This document shows, one piece after another, positions 10,301 to 20,154 of a stretch of 55,884 nucleotides of DNA (its first letter is position 1; every line of letters begins with the position of its first letter). This stretch comes from Eubacteriales bacterium (GTDB taxonomy: Bacteria > Bacillota > Clostridia > Oscillospirales > CAG-272): positions 1 to 55,884 of the forward strand of contig JAZSPS010000011.1 in assembly GCA_045537595.1 (NCBI GenBank). Direction: 5' to 3'. Position numbers and translations under genes: made by a program. Below the pieces are notes generated by a model. It saw nothing but the letters and a program-made list of their open reading frames with translations. It was not told where the DNA came from and made no database searches.

Positions 10301-11008
10301 ATTTTTGTAATTAATAATCTGTCCTCCGCGGGTATATCCGAGTCGGTAGAGGCTTTTGCGAAGAAGAGTCAGGATGCGCAGATCATCTTTATTCCCGGAG
10401 GATTTTCGGGCGGAGATGAGCCGGATGGATCGGGTAAGTTTATTACCGCCTTCTTCCGAAACGGAGCGATCAAAGAAGAGGTTAATAAGCTGTTGAAGGT
10501 AAGAAAGGGACTTATGGCAGGAATTTGTAATGGATTCCAAGCGATAATCAAGCTGGGACTTGTTCCGTACGGCGAAATTATTGACACCGATGAAAATTGT
10601 CCCACCTTGACCTTTAATACCATCGGACGTCACCAGTCCAGAATCGTTCAGACAAGAATCGCCTCAAATATGTCTCCTTGGCTTGCGAAGACCAAGGTGG
10701 GCGAGATCTATTCTGTGCCGATCTCTCATGGAGAAGGACGTTTCCTCGCGTCCGATGAATTGATCATGGAGCTGGCTAAGAACGGACAGATTGCCACACA
10801 GTATGTGGATCTTTCCGGAAAGCCCACTTCCAATATTCTGTATAATCCGAATAATTCCTGCTTCGCGGTGGAGGGAATCACCTCGCCCGACGGTTTGGTG
10901 TTCGGTAAGATGGGACATTCCGAGCGGTATAATAATGGACTGTACCGGAATGTACCCGGAAATTACGACAGTAAAATTTTTGAAGCCGCAGTAGACTATT
11001 TTAACTGA
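7316..11008 (+). CDS. purL: FGAM synthase, single-chain clostridial type
   Basis: YWSDHCRH, ETHNHPTEIEPFGGA, GICNGFQ, SHGEG, MGHSER. Confidence 0.97.
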   Translation: MVYRVYVEKKKELANEARNLFNEIKNLLFIENLEDLRLLNRYDVENIEKPLFDYAVNTVFSEPQLDLVTYSLPEDGATVFAVEYLPGQFDQRADSAAQCIQLFSQGERPTVKTARVYLLYGALSEEQIATIKKYVINPVESREASLDAVETLKVTYEIPTSVKTLDGFTALDDEGLAQFIKNYGLAMDLDDIRFCRDYFSKEQRDPTITEIRMIDTYWSDHCRHTTFLTTIDHVTFEDERLEKAYEEYMAVRRDLGRTKPVNLMDIATLAVRYLKAEGLLPHLDESEEINACTVKIKVDVEGEKQDWLLLFKNETHNHPTEIEPFGGAATCIGGAIRDPLSGRSYVYAAMRVTGASDPRKSVAQAMPGKLPQRKLVTTAAAGYSSYGNQIGLATGQVDEIYHDGYVAKHMEIGAVIAAAPAKNVRREVPEDGDIVILLGGRTGRDGCGGATGSSKSHTLQSLETCGAEVQKGNAPEERKLQRLFRNPEASAMIKRCNDFGAGGVSVAIGELADGLEIDLNAVPKKYEGLDGTELAISESQERMAVVVESKDAQRFIELAGKENLEATIVARVTKLPRLVMHWNGKTIVDLSREFLNSNGAEKHIDIVAAKPTEFAKEVTESFTEQMKAIPTDINICSKRGLVERFDSTIGAGSVTMPFGGKNQSTPSQVMVNKISVEAADTDTCSFMAWGYNPFISEKSPYHGAYLAVVESVSKLIAGGAEFRDVYLTFQEYFEKPLKDPKRWGKPLSALLGSFMAQKELGIGAIGGKDSMSGSFENIDVPPTLVSFAVTTGKTNHVVTQEFKVAGHSVYLLKPDYTADGLPKAESLKKLYRTIHTLVQSKKILAAYTPTYGGVAEAIMKMGFGNEIGFAYDDSVSLKDIFGYHYGSFVIEVAEGCSVDGILLGKTTDEYAIVYKNEKLLLTELYADYENTLEGVYPVNAAESKKAIPAFSYEGKSVAKPALLCKKPKVLIPVFPGTNCEYDTQKAFLKAGADAEIFVINNLSSAGISESVEAFAKKSQDAQIIFIPGGFSGGDEPDGSGKFITAFFRNGAIKEEVNKLLKVRKGLMAGICNGFQAIIKLGLVPYGEIIDTDENCPTLTFNTIGRHQSRIVQTRIASNMSPWLAKTKVGEIYSVPISHGEGRFLASDELIMELAKNGQIATQYVDLSGKPTSNILYNPNNSCFAVEGITSPDGLVFGKMGHSERYNNGLYRNVPGNYDSKIFEAAVDYFN

Positions 11009-11018
11009 TATCTCAACT

Positions 11019-11061
11019 AAAAAGAGAGACAATATGGAAAAATCCGTATTGTCTCTCTTTT
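11019..11061. terminator. Bidirectional terminator between purL and ruvB
   Basis: AAAAGAGAGACAATATGGA/TCCGTATTGTCTCTCTTTT stem between convergent genes. Confidence 0.85.
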
Positions 11062-11110
11062 GTCATTAAGAGCATAAAATTTTTGTTTAAAAATTCCCTT
11101 TGATAGTAGG

Positions 11111-12187
11111 TTATTCTTCATCTGAAGGAAACATGTTGATTTGTTCCGCTGGACGAATCGTAATCTTAGGCTCGTACGGAAGACTAAGATGCTCATATGC
11201 CAATCGGGTAACACAACGTCCTCTGGGAGTTCGACTTAAAAAACCGATTTGAAGAAGATAAGGCTCATAAACGTCTTCCAATGTGATAGCCTCCTCACCA
11301 ACGGTTGCAGCCAAGGTTTCCAAGCCAACAGGGCCTCCATCATAAAATTTAATAATGGTTTCCAGCATTTTTCGGTCGGTATTGTCCAGTCCCAATTGAT
11401 CGATCTCAAGACGCTGTAACGCAATATTTGCGATCCTACTGTCAATTTTATCATTTCCGTTTACTTGCGCGAAATCACGAACTCGTTTTAAAAGACGATT
11501 GGCGATACGAGGCGTTCCTCGGGAACGGGAAGCGATTTCAAAGGCTCCGTCCTCGGTAATGGCAAAGCCAAGAATAGCGGAGCTGCGAATGACGATTGTA
11601 GCCAACTCCTCAGGGGTATACAATTCCAGCTTTAACATTACGCCAAAGCGATCACGCAAAGGGGTGGTAAGCTGTCCCGCACGAGTCGTGGCGCCGATTA
11701 GGGTGAAGCGAGGAAGGTCAATTCGGATGCTTCGGGCGGCGGGACCCTTTCCGATAATAATGTCTAAGGCATTGTCCTCCATAGCAGGGTACAGAATCTC
11801 CTCAACCGAACGGGAAAGCCTGTGGATCTCGTCAATAAACAGAACATCGCCCTCAGATAAATTGGTAAGAAGGGCGGCAAGATCGCCTTGCTTTTCAATG
11901 GCAGGTCCCGAGGTAACACGAATGTTGACGCCCATTTCTGCCGCGATAATATTGGAAAGTGTTGTTTTTCCCAAGCCGGGAGGACCGTATAGCAAAACGT
12001 GGTCAAGACTTTCTCCGCGGATCTTTGCCGCTTCAATATAGATCTTTAAATTGTCTTTTACCTTTTCCTGACCAATGTAGTCATCTAAGGTCTTGGGTCG
12101 TAAAGAGGTGTCGGTGGTGCTGTCATCTTTTGTGTAGGAGGTAGTCATAATTCGATTTTCAAAGTCAAATTCTTCCGAAATATCCAT
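11111..12187 (-). CDS. ruvB: Holliday junction branch migration helicase RuvB
   Basis: [43 protein letters not shown]. Confidence 0.98.
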   Translation of the reverse strand: MDISEEFDFENRIMTTSYTKDDSTTDTSLRPKTLDDYIGQEKVKDNLKIYIEAAKIRGESLDHVLLYGPPGLGKTTLSNIIAAEMGVNIRVTSGPAIEKQGDLAALLTNLSEGDVLFIDEIHRLSRSVEEILYPAMEDNALDIIIGKGPAARSIRIDLPRFTLIGATTRAGQLTTPLRDRFGVMLKLELYTPEELATIVIRSSAILGFAITEDGAFEIASRSRGTPRIANRLLKRVRDFAQVNGNDKIDSRIANIALQRLEIDQLGLDNTDRKMLETIIKFYDGGPVGLETLAATVGEEAITLEDVYEPYLLQIGFLSRTPRGRCVTRLAYEHLSLPYEPKITIRPAEQINMFPSDEE

Positions 12188-12205
12188 GTAACTTCAGCGC
12201 CTCCC

Positions 12206-12838
12206 TTACTTCATAATTTTTTTCAAAGCGAACCGAATAATATCATCCAGCTCTAAGTGTTCGGTATCAATGGTTCGCAAAACAGCGTATGCTTCATTGC
12301 GAGAGTACCCAAGCGCTATCAGCGCGTCCTGCGCGTCAGAAAGCTTTTGGGAGCCGCTGGGAGCGGTATAGAGAATGTCTTCCGCAGAGGCGGAGACCTC
12401 CATCATGTCGGGGGATACGGTCTTTTTAAGCTTGTCCTTTAATTCCAAAACAATTCTCGCGGCGGTTTTCGGACCGATTCCGTTGGCTTGGGAAATGGCT
12501 TTTTTGTCATCGGAACAAATCGCGCGAACCAGCTTTTGAGGGGTCAGCTGAGAAAGAATCGCAATTGCCGCCTTTGGACCTACCCCGGAAACCGTGATCA
12601 ACAGCTTAAAGCTTTCCAGCTCCTCCTCGCTGAAAAATCCAAACAGTTCTATCCCATCTTCTCGTACAGCCATGTACGTGTATAGCTTAACCGAGGGCGG
12701 GGTATCCGAGGGGGGACGGTGGGGCAACGCCGCGTAGGTGGTTTGCGAGATCGTCAGCTTGTAACCGACACCGCAGCTGTCCACAACAGCGTAGCTTATG
12801 TCCAATATCGTTAAATTTCCGCTTATATAATAAAACAT
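12206..12838 (-). CDS. ruvA: Holliday junction branch migration protein RuvA
   Basis: GVGY, VRED..LFGF, VSGVGPK, GIGPKTA, ALIALGY. Confidence 0.97.
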   Translation of the reverse strand: MFYYISGNLTILDISYAVVDSCGVGYKLTISQTTYAALPHRPPSDTPPSVKLYTYMAVREDGIELFGFFSEEELESFKLLITVSGVGPKAAIAILSQLTPQKLVRAICSDDKKAISQANGIGPKTAARIVLELKDKLKKTVSPDMMEVSASAEDILYTAPSGSQKLSDAQDALIALGYSRNEAYAVLRTIDTEHLELDDIIRFALKKIMK

Positions 12839-15780
12839 TAAGGCTCTCCTTTCGGTGTGTTTTCGTCGGTGTTTTCTTGTGTTGTTTCGTCAGCTTTTCT
12901 TAGCTTAAGAGCAGAAAACAGCTCTTTTATAGATGTCCCTTGCTCTAAGCTTTCTTGCGGCATGCTTATGCGAAGAATATGGTCCTCGTCAAAATCCTCC
13001 AGGATCCATTTTTCTCCTAAAATAGAATCATGATCGGGATGTGATTGACGCCGTTTACGCCAAAGGATCATGTCACCAAGACAAATAATTATAAATATAA
13101 GAAAACCGATCAAGGATATGATCGCACCCGTTCGATATATTTCGGGGCTGTATTTCATTTCCAAAGTATGCTCACCGACATCGGCAATGTTAAACGCAAT
13201 CAAAGCGTCCAGCGTTTTGTAGATCTCAACCTCTTGTCCATCAACAAAGATCTTCCAGCCCTCATCATAGGGAAGGGTGGTTTGGATCATCTGAGCCTCC
13301 TTTTGCGTTGTAATGGTGCCTGTAAGATGATCCTCTGTGTAATTTTGATCCACGGTAAACTGCGGATTGGCGCGTAATTTAGTAAATGCGTCGGTAAAGG
13401 CAGCATCGTCAATATACCAAATGTAGTTGTAGTATTTGTAGATGGAAATGGGATCCTCGTTTAAAGCGATGCAAACACGAACGGTTTCATTGGCTTTGAA
13501 ATAGCCAAGGGGGATAATATGTCTGGAATCGTTTCCGAGGTAGTCACCTAAACTGACATTGTTAACAAAGATCTCGGTTTCCGCCGTGGTAACGGTAGGC
13601 GTGTAAAAATAATATTCCGCAGCCTTGGGGGCAACAAAAGTAAAGGTTATGGTTGCCTCCGCGTCCGTGATTGATGGGGAATAGGTGGTCAGCGAGCCGG
13701 AATTTCTGACCGAACAATTGGAAATGCTGTCCTCATATTGCCGCACCGCGCAAAAGATATCGTCAGACTCCTCGTCAAGCATAGAGGCAACTAACATGTT
13801 TAAGCGTTCAAAATACGTGTTGTACTTTTCAAGCTTTAGATCAGCGACAGAGGAATTAACGCCGTAGGCAATGGAAAGAGCATAAGGATTTTGATATACG
13901 GAATAGTTTTCGTCTGAAACAAATTCCTCGTAAAAATGCTCCAGTTTTTCAGAATCGGTTTCGTCAATCAGATATTTTATACCTAAAAGGGAATCATTAA
14001 CAGGGGTTCCTCCACGGTATTGCGATAAATGGGAACGGGAGGTATAGCCCATATTCTTTAAAAATTGAATGGTTTCCGCGTTGAGGGTGGAGGTTGAGCC
14101 TGACAAACCTCGCAGCCCTAACGCCATGTTGTCATTGTATTTTCTGTGGATCAGCTTTTCCATGCGATAAAAACCGCTGTCCTTTTCCTTCACCTCCTCC
14201 ACAACGGGGCGAAGCTCTTGAATGAAATCATTATAGCTGCTGTATGAGGAATAGATCACATCGTCGTCAAATTGGACAACGCAGGTCAAGCCGCTACAAA
14301 ACAGTTCAATGCAAACAGCCGCCAGTAAAATTAAGGAGACGCTTTCACGCGTTTTTGGATGCTTGTGGCGAATCAATAAGCAGAGGAGAACCAAAAAGAT
14401 AATGCACGCGAAAATCGTCAGCCAAACGGTCTCTAAGGTTAATAACGACTTTTCGGTTACCGTATAGGTTTCAAATTCCAGCTTGTCACAAACCGTAACA
14501 AATAAGATCAAAAAGGCACAGATACCAAGAACAAATTTTTCGCCGACGGAACGAAGATTACCAAAGCCCTTGTAGGCAAATACCAGCAAAATAAAGCAAA
14601 GAATAAAGCTGTAGCGGTAATTTAACCAGTTGGGTGCTTGAAAGCCGTGCCAAATCAAATCCAAAGGACTTCCTATAAAGGAAAGGACAAAAAACGAGAT
14701 CAACCCCAGAGAGGCAATTTTTTCTCTGGAAGTGATTCTATTTGACATAAAATAAATGGGGAGCAAAATTAAAGTGAGAACGCCGCAATATACAAAGGGA
14801 AGACCTTCAGGGCGAACGGTATCATAGGATCCCGGCAAAAATTTTGTGAAGAAATCCAAAAAATTAAATTTTACCTGAAAACTCCAATTGGGATCGGAAA
14901 AGGTATTTTTTCCGAAGGACAAGGAATAATATGCGGCGAAAAGAATGAAACAGGAAATCGCCGCGGAGAGTAAAGCGAAAAAGGTAAGTCGGAGTCCCGA
15001 ACGGAGAAAATGGAGTCTTTCTCCGCGAGGGTTGCTTGAGTTCTCATTATAAGCAGCAAAATAGAAGAGAAAATACAGCACCACAAAAATGCAGATCATA
15101 TAACCGATATAGTAATTGCTCATTATGGTAAGTGTTAAGGAAACCACAAAAAGCTTGTAGCGGCGATTCTTGATCAGCTGCTCAATGGAATAGGTCAAAA
15201 TTGGAAGCCATATCAGGGCATCGATCCACATCTGATTGCTTTGGTAAACAACAGCGTACGCGCAAAGGGCATACATGATGGAAAAGGCAACCGTGACCGC
15301 TTTGCTTGGGTGAGCGGTGTTTTTGTGCAAATAAAAACCGAAGGAAAGTCCGCATAAGCCCGTTTTTAAAAGAATAATGGTTAAAATGGCTTCCAAAATC
15401 CTGTCTTGCGGAAAAAGAGCGACAATATAAGACAGCGGGCTGGCAAGATAATAAGCAAACATTCCCAAAAATTCGCCGCCCAAAGCACGGAAAAAGGTAT
15501 AGATAAAACTTCCTTCTCCATAAATGGCATTTCGCAGACCCTCAAAGAAATAGACATATTGACCGTTCATGTCCAAAACAAGGACCGAGCCGTTGCCGAA
15601 TGGGTGAAGCTCCATTGCCAGATAGATCAAAAACATCAAGGCAACGGGAAAAAGAAAGCAGTATGCCAAATAAGAGGACGGAGAGGTAGCGATACGAAGC
15701 TGAATGCTTTGTAAAAAGGCACGAATACCTTTAGGTTGGGAAGGCTTGTCAGCAACATGGGCGAGGGGTTTAATTTTCAT
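12838..15780 (-). CDS. YfhO-family membrane protein (GT-C glycosyltransferase-like)
   Basis: 980 aa multi-TM; DMNGQY, YYLASP, WHGFQAPNWLNYRYSF, LPYDEGW motifs. Confidence 0.85.
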   Translation of the reverse strand: MKIKPLAHVADKPSQPKGIRAFLQSIQLRIATSPSSYLAYCFLFPVALMFLIYLAMELHPFGNGSVLVLDMNGQYVYFFEGLRNAIYGEGSFIYTFFRALGGEFLGMFAYYLASPLSYIVALFPQDRILEAILTIILLKTGLCGLSFGFYLHKNTAHPSKAVTVAFSIMYALCAYAVVYQSNQMWIDALIWLPILTYSIEQLIKNRRYKLFVVSLTLTIMSNYYIGYMICIFVVLYFLFYFAAYNENSSNPRGERLHFLRSGLRLTFFALLSAAISCFILFAAYYSLSFGKNTFSDPNWSFQVKFNFLDFFTKFLPGSYDTVRPEGLPFVYCGVLTLILLPIYFMSNRITSREKIASLGLISFFVLSFIGSPLDLIWHGFQAPNWLNYRYSFILCFILLVFAYKGFGNLRSVGEKFVLGICAFLILFVTVCDKLEFETYTVTEKSLLTLETVWLTIFACIIFLVLLCLLIRHKHPKTRESVSLILLAAVCIELFCSGLTCVVQFDDDVIYSSYSSYNDFIQELRPVVEEVKEKDSGFYRMEKLIHRKYNDNMALGLRGLSGSTSTLNAETIQFLKNMGYTSRSHLSQYRGGTPVNDSLLGIKYLIDETDSEKLEHFYEEFVSDENYSVYQNPYALSIAYGVNSSVADLKLEKYNTYFERLNMLVASMLDEESDDIFCAVRQYEDSISNCSVRNSGSLTTYSPSITDAEATITFTFVAPKAAEYYFYTPTVTTAETEIFVNNVSLGDYLGNDSRHIIPLGYFKANETVRVCIALNEDPISIYKYYNYIWYIDDAAFTDAFTKLRANPQFTVDQNYTEDHLTGTITTQKEAQMIQTTLPYDEGWKIFVDGQEVEIYKTLDALIAFNIADVGEHTLEMKYSPEIYRTGAIISLIGFLIFIIICLGDMILWRKRRQSHPDHDSILGEKWILEDFDEDHILRISMPQESLEQGTSIKELFSALKLRKADETTQENTDENTPKGEP

Positions 15781-15998
15781 TGCTCTCTCCTTGCGTGGGA
15801 TGGGGTGGGTGTGGATTGCAATATCTTTTTTGTCGATTTTTCCAGCTTGATGCGATCGATGACCAGATCATGGGAACAGCCTTGACAAACAATACGCATA
15901 TCGCTGCCAACACGTAAAATTTTAAATTGCTTGCAGCCGCACGGATGCGGCTTTTTTAATTCAACAATATCATTCACTTTGAATTTAATAATTTCCAT
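15777..15998 (-). CDS. DUF951 family protein
   Basis: KKPHPCG...ILRVGSD...CQGC. Confidence 0.88.
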   Translation of the reverse strand: MEIIKFKVNDIVELKKPHPCGCKQFKILRVGSDMRIVCQGCSHDLVIDRIKLEKSTKKILQSTPTPSHARREQ

Positions 15999-16028
15999 AA
16001 GACCACCGATAAAAAATTATATAATATT

Positions 16029-16057
16029 ATTTTACCACACTATCAATATTTTGTAAA
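16029..16057 (-). promoter_or_regulatory. Sigma-A promoter of DUF951-yfhO-ruvAB
   Basis: Minus strand TTTACA-17 bp-TAAAAT with extended TG. Confidence 0.65.
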
Positions 16058-16093
16058 TAAGTATTCAAAATTTTACAAATTTATAAATTGTAT

Positions 16094-16122
16094 TTGACTT
16101 GAAGAAAAGTATGTGGTATAAT
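16094..16122 (+). promoter_or_regulatory. Sigma-A promoter of the ruvC operon
   Basis: TTGACT-17 bp-TATAAT with extended TG. Confidence 0.78.
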
Positions 16123-16151
16123 TTAATGTGGAATATTTTTGGGAGGCGGAA

Positions 16152-16652
16152 ATGATCATACTTGGAATTGACCCCGGATTGGCAATTGTGGGATGGGGTG
16201 TAATTGAATATAACGGATCGCGTTTTCGCACTCTGGGGTACGGTTCTATACAAACACCGGCGGGAATGGAGACCGAAGAAAGACTGTCACTGATATACGA
16301 TGGAATCAAGAAGCTCATAGAAACATATCACCCACAGCATGTGGCAGTGGAGGAGCTGTTTTTTAATACCAATCAGACAACCGGAATACGGGTGGCGGAG
16401 GCAAGAGGCGTTATCCTTATGTGCGCATATCGTATGGGGGTGAAAATATTTGAATATACACCTTTGCAGGTAAAACAAGCGGTTGTCGGTTACGGACGCG
16501 CGGAAAAAAAGCAGGTTATTACGATGGTTACCATGTTTTTGGGATTGCAAAAGCCTCCCAAGCCGGACGATACCGCGGATGCGCTTGCCATCGCGGTTTG
16601 CCATGCCCATTCGGGAACCTCCCGCTTGGCGGATTATTATAACAAGAAGTGA
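16152..16652 (+). CDS. ruvC: Holliday junction resolvase RuvC
   Basis: ILGIDPG, VEELFF, EARGV, EYTPLQVK, GYGRAEK, DDTADALA; ATG 16152 after GGGAGG. Confidence 0.97.
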   Translation: MIILGIDPGLAIVGWGVIEYNGSRFRTLGYGSIQTPAGMETEERLSLIYDGIKKLIETYHPQHVAVEELFFNTNQTTGIRVAEARGVILMCAYRMGVKIFEYTPLQVKQAVVGYGRAEKKQVITMVTMFLGLQKPPKPDDTADALAIAVCHAHSGTSRLADYYNKK

Positions 16653-16663
16653 GGCAGAAAGCT

Positions 16664-17530
16664 ATGTGGATTGCTGATCAGTGGAAGGAATATGAATTAT
16701 TGGATGCCTCCGACGGAGAGCGGCTGGAACGCTGGGGAAGGTATATCCTGCGGCGCCCCGATCCTCAAATTATATGGAAAAACGCCGATAAAAACGGCTC
16801 GTGGAAGCAGGCGGACGCTATTTATAAGAGATCCTCAAAAGGAGGCGGCGGATGGATCAAAAACGAACTCCCCGAGCAGTGGAATATCGGATATAAAAAA
16901 CTGAATTTTGTGCTTAAGCCCATGGGATTTAAGCATACAGGTCTTTTTCCGGAGCAAGCGGCAAATTGGGATTGGTTCTCAGAGCTGATCGCGAAATCCG
17001 GAAGAAACATTAAGGTGTTGAATCTATTCGCTTATACAGGCGGAGCCACGATTGCGGCAGCGGCGGCAGGAGCGTCGGTGGTTCATGTGGATGCCGCAAA
17101 GGGAATGGTAGCGCAAGCAAAAGAAAATGCGGCTCTCTCGGGGCTTTCGGATGCGCCCATTCGATATATTGTGGACGATTGTAAAAAATTTGTGGAACGA
17201 GAAATTCGACGCGGAAACCGTTATGACGCGATTATTATGGACCCTCCCTCCTATGGAAGAGGCCCGTCGGGAGAGGTGTGGAAGATTGAGGAATGTGTGG
17301 ATGAGCTGGTCACGCTTAGCGCAAAGCTCTTGTCGGACAACCCTTTGTTCTTTTTGATCAACTCCTATACCACAGGTCTTTCTCCTATGGCAATGCAGTA
17401 TATTCTCGGATTAAAGGTAGCATCTGTCTATGGTGGGACAATGGAATCGGGTGAGCTTGGGTTGCGGACAAGGTCAACCGGCTTGTGTATCCCGTGCGGA
17501 GCCAGCGCGCGCTGGTATGCGAGCTCATAA
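16664..17530 (+). CDS. Class I SAM-dependent methyltransferase (RlmI/RlmK-like)
   Basis: FKHTGLFPEQ, VLNLFAYTGG, IMDPPSYGRG; start moved to ATG 16664 after GAGG. Confidence 0.85.
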   Translation: MWIADQWKEYELLDASDGERLERWGRYILRRPDPQIIWKNADKNGSWKQADAIYKRSSKGGGGWIKNELPEQWNIGYKKLNFVLKPMGFKHTGLFPEQAANWDWFSELIAKSGRNIKVLNLFAYTGGATIAAAAAGASVVHVDAAKGMVAQAKENAALSGLSDAPIRYIVDDCKKFVEREIRRGNRYDAIIMDPPSYGRGPSGEVWKIEECVDELVTLSAKLLSDNPLFFLINSYTTGLSPMAMQYILGLKVASVYGGTMESGELGLRTRSTGLCIPCGASARWYASS

Positions 17531-17550
17531 TGAAAAATTGAGGTAAATTC

Positions 17551-18432
17551 ATGAAGGACGTGAAGGAAATGAAGGAAGCGTTTATAAAAATTGAACATCT
17601 TCGGTATCGTTATGAAGGCGAGGAGGGCTTGGGAAGTCCTGTACTGAATGACCTTTCCGCGGAAATTCAAGAAGGCGAATTTGTAGCGGTTCTGGGACAT
17701 AACGGCTCGGGTAAATCTACTCTTGCCAAGCTTCTCAATATGATTCTGACACCGACAGACGGAAAAATATATATCGATGGTAAAGATATTACCGATGAAA
17801 ATATGACAGATGAGGATGTTCTCGCCCTGCGAAGGAACATAGGCATGGTCTTTCAAAATCCCGATAATCAGCTGATTGCCACAATCGTTGAGGATGATGT
17901 GGCGTTCGGACCGGAGAATTTGGGCGTTCCGTCCGAGGAGATCCGCCAACGGGTCAATCGTGTTTTGGGAGAGGTTGGTATGCTGGAATATGCAAAGCAT
18001 GAGCCTCACCGCCTGTCAGGAGGACAAAAGCAACGAATCGCCATCGCGGGTGTTCTTGCCATGATGCCAAGGTGTATAATCTTTGATGAGTCAACAGCAA
18101 TGCTGGACCCTGTCGGACGACGTGAGGTTATGGACGCGATCCTTCGGTTAAACCGAGAAAAGAAAATGACCGTGATTATGATCACACACTATATGGAAGA
18201 AGCGGCGCTGGCGGATAGAATTTTGGTGCTGAATGACGGAAATGTCATTTTGGACGGAACGCCCGCCTATGTGTTTGAACAGGAGGAGCTGTTGAAAAGC
18301 TGCAGCTTGAATATTCCGCAATGCACCGAGCTGATCCACCGCTTGCGGGAGCACGGAATCGCGCTGGAGGGAGAGTGCGTCTCCACGGAGCAGTGCGCAA
18401 TGCTTATTAAACAATCACTAAATAAGGAATGA
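17551..18432 (+). CDS. ecfA1: ECF transporter ATPase A1
   Basis: GHNGSGKST, VFQNPDNQ, LSGGQKQR, DESTAMLDP (start could be 17569). Confidence 0.93.
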   Translation: MKDVKEMKEAFIKIEHLRYRYEGEEGLGSPVLNDLSAEIQEGEFVAVLGHNGSGKSTLAKLLNMILTPTDGKIYIDGKDITDENMTDEDVLALRRNIGMVFQNPDNQLIATIVEDDVAFGPENLGVPSEEIRQRVNRVLGEVGMLEYAKHEPHRLSGGQKQRIAIAGVLAMMPRCIIFDESTAMLDPVGRREVMDAILRLNREKKMTVIMITHYMEEAALADRILVLNDGNVILDGTPAYVFEQEELLKSCSLNIPQCTELIHRLREHGIALEGECVSTEQCAMLIKQSLNKE

Positions 18433-18436
18433 TAAA

Positions 18437-19288
18437 ATGTCAGAAATTAAGTTGGAGAATCTCAGCTATTTCCACGGAAAGGATACGCCGTATCAGATAA
18501 AGGCCTTGGATTCGGTGAATTTGACCATTCCCAACGGAATGGTTACCGGATTGATCGGGCATACAGGCTCTGGAAAATCTACCCTGGTTCAAATGTTTAA
18601 TGGGTTATTGCGACCCGATGAGGGAAGGGTGCTGTTGGACGGTACGGATATCTGGGAGAAGCCCAAGAATATTCGCAATATACGGTTTCGTGTCGGATTG
18701 GTCATGCAGTATCCCGAGTATCAGTTGTTTGAGGAGACGATTTATAAGGATATTGCGTACGGCCCGAAAAATATGGGTTTAAGCGAAGAAGAGATTCGTG
18801 TCCGTGTTGAGGAATCCGCGCGCTTTGCGGGATTGGATGAGGCGCTGCTTGAAAAATCACCCTTTGATCTGTCAGGCGGTCAGAAAAGACGGGCGGCAAT
18901 CGCCGGAATAATCGCTATGCGCCCTGAAGTATTGGTTTTGGATGAACCCGCGGCAGGGCTTGACCCCAAAGGAAGAGATTCTATTTTTGCCAACATCCTT
19001 GAATATCATGAAAAGACCCAAAATACCGTGGTAATCGTAAGTCACAGTATGGAGGATATGGCACGGTATTGTGATAACTTGGTGGTTATGAATGATGGAA
19101 AAATATTTATGCAGGGAGATCGGGATTATGTCTTTTCCCGTTCGGACCGCTTGAGGCAGATCGGGTTGGATATTCCTCAGATTACAAAGCTTATGCTGGA
19201 TCTTCAAAAGGAAGGCATTGAAGTGGACGGAGGAATATATACGGTGGAACAGGCGATCGAAAGAATGTTAAAAATATATAGAAAATGA
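18437..19288 (+). CDS. ecfA2: ECF transporter ATPase A2
   Basis: GHTGSGKST, QYPEYQLFEET, SPFDLSGGQKRR. Confidence 0.93.
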   Translation: MSEIKLENLSYFHGKDTPYQIKALDSVNLTIPNGMVTGLIGHTGSGKSTLVQMFNGLLRPDEGRVLLDGTDIWEKPKNIRNIRFRVGLVMQYPEYQLFEETIYKDIAYGPKNMGLSEEEIRVRVEESARFAGLDEALLEKSPFDLSGGQKRRAAIAGIIAMRPEVLVLDEPAAGLDPKGRDSIFANILEYHEKTQNTVVIVSHSMEDMARYCDNLVVMNDGKIFMQGDRDYVFSRSDRLRQIGLDIPQITKLMLDLQKEGIEVDGGIYTVEQAIERMLKIYRK

Positions 19289-19305
19289 ATGGTAAATAAT
19301 AAATT

Positions 19306-20127
19306 ATGAAAAGTATTGCTTTTGGGCAATTTTATCCGGCTGATTCGGTGTTGCACCGCTTAGACCCGAGAGTCAAGGTCATTTTAACTGTTTTGTATAT
19401 CGTTTGCTCTTTTTTGTGCAAAAATATACTAAGCTTTGCGCTTTTGGTTTTATCAGCGATCTTACTGGTATTGGCAGGAAAAATTCCGCTTAAAATGGTT
19501 CTTCGCGGATTGCGCCCTGTATTGATCATTCTGGCTTTTACGGCAATTTTGAATATTTTTTGGACAAAAGGAGAAATTTTGCTGTTAAGCTGGAGGTTTA
19601 TTAACATATACGCCGAAGGACTTTATTCCGCACTGTTTATCATGGTCAGAATCGCCACGCTGATTATCGGTACGGGGATGTTTTTAACCTACACGACAAC
19701 ACCGATCGCTTTGACGGATGCGCTGGAGGATCTTCTTTCTCCGCTGAAAAAGCTTCATGTGCCCGTCCATGAATTTGCTATGATGATGACGATCGCGTTG
19801 CGCTTTATTCCAACCTTAGTTGAGGAAACCGATAAAATTATGACAGCGCAAAAAGCCCGCGGAGCGGACTTTTCCACAGGAAGTATTATCGATAGGGTAA
19901 AGGCGTTGATTCCCGTGCTGATCCCCTTATTTGTGTCGGCATTTAATCGGGCGGGAGATTTGGCAATCGCTATGGAATGTCGCTGTTACCACGGCGGTGA
20001 CGGACGGACAAGGATGCATGTTCGTCATGTGCGCTTTGCGGATTTTGTGCCTCTTGTTCTGGTTGTTCTGTTAGGGGCAGCGTTGATTGCTTTAAATATT
20101 GTTGGTATTGGCTATACTATGCGATGA
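19306..20127 (+). CDS. ecfT: ECF transporter transmembrane component T
   Basis: HRLDPR, ALRFIPTL, AQKARG, AMECRCY. Confidence 0.93.
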   Translation: MKSIAFGQFYPADSVLHRLDPRVKVILTVLYIVCSFLCKNILSFALLVLSAILLVLAGKIPLKMVLRGLRPVLIILAFTAILNIFWTKGEILLLSWRFINIYAEGLYSALFIMVRIATLIIGTGMFLTYTTTPIALTDALEDLLSPLKKLHVPVHEFAMMMTIALRFIPTLVEETDKIMTAQKARGADFSTGSIIDRVKALIPVLIPLFVSAFNRAGDLAIAMECRCYHGGDGRTRMHVRHVRFADFVPLVLVVLLGAALIALNIVGIGYTMR

Positions 20128-20154
20128 GAAACAGCGAAGAGGATAAAAGAAATC

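Noticed and set aside
16050-16092. Inverted repeats TTTGTAAA/TTTACAAA between the divergent ruv promoters
   Set aside because: Very AT-rich context makes chance matches likely; not a LexA box
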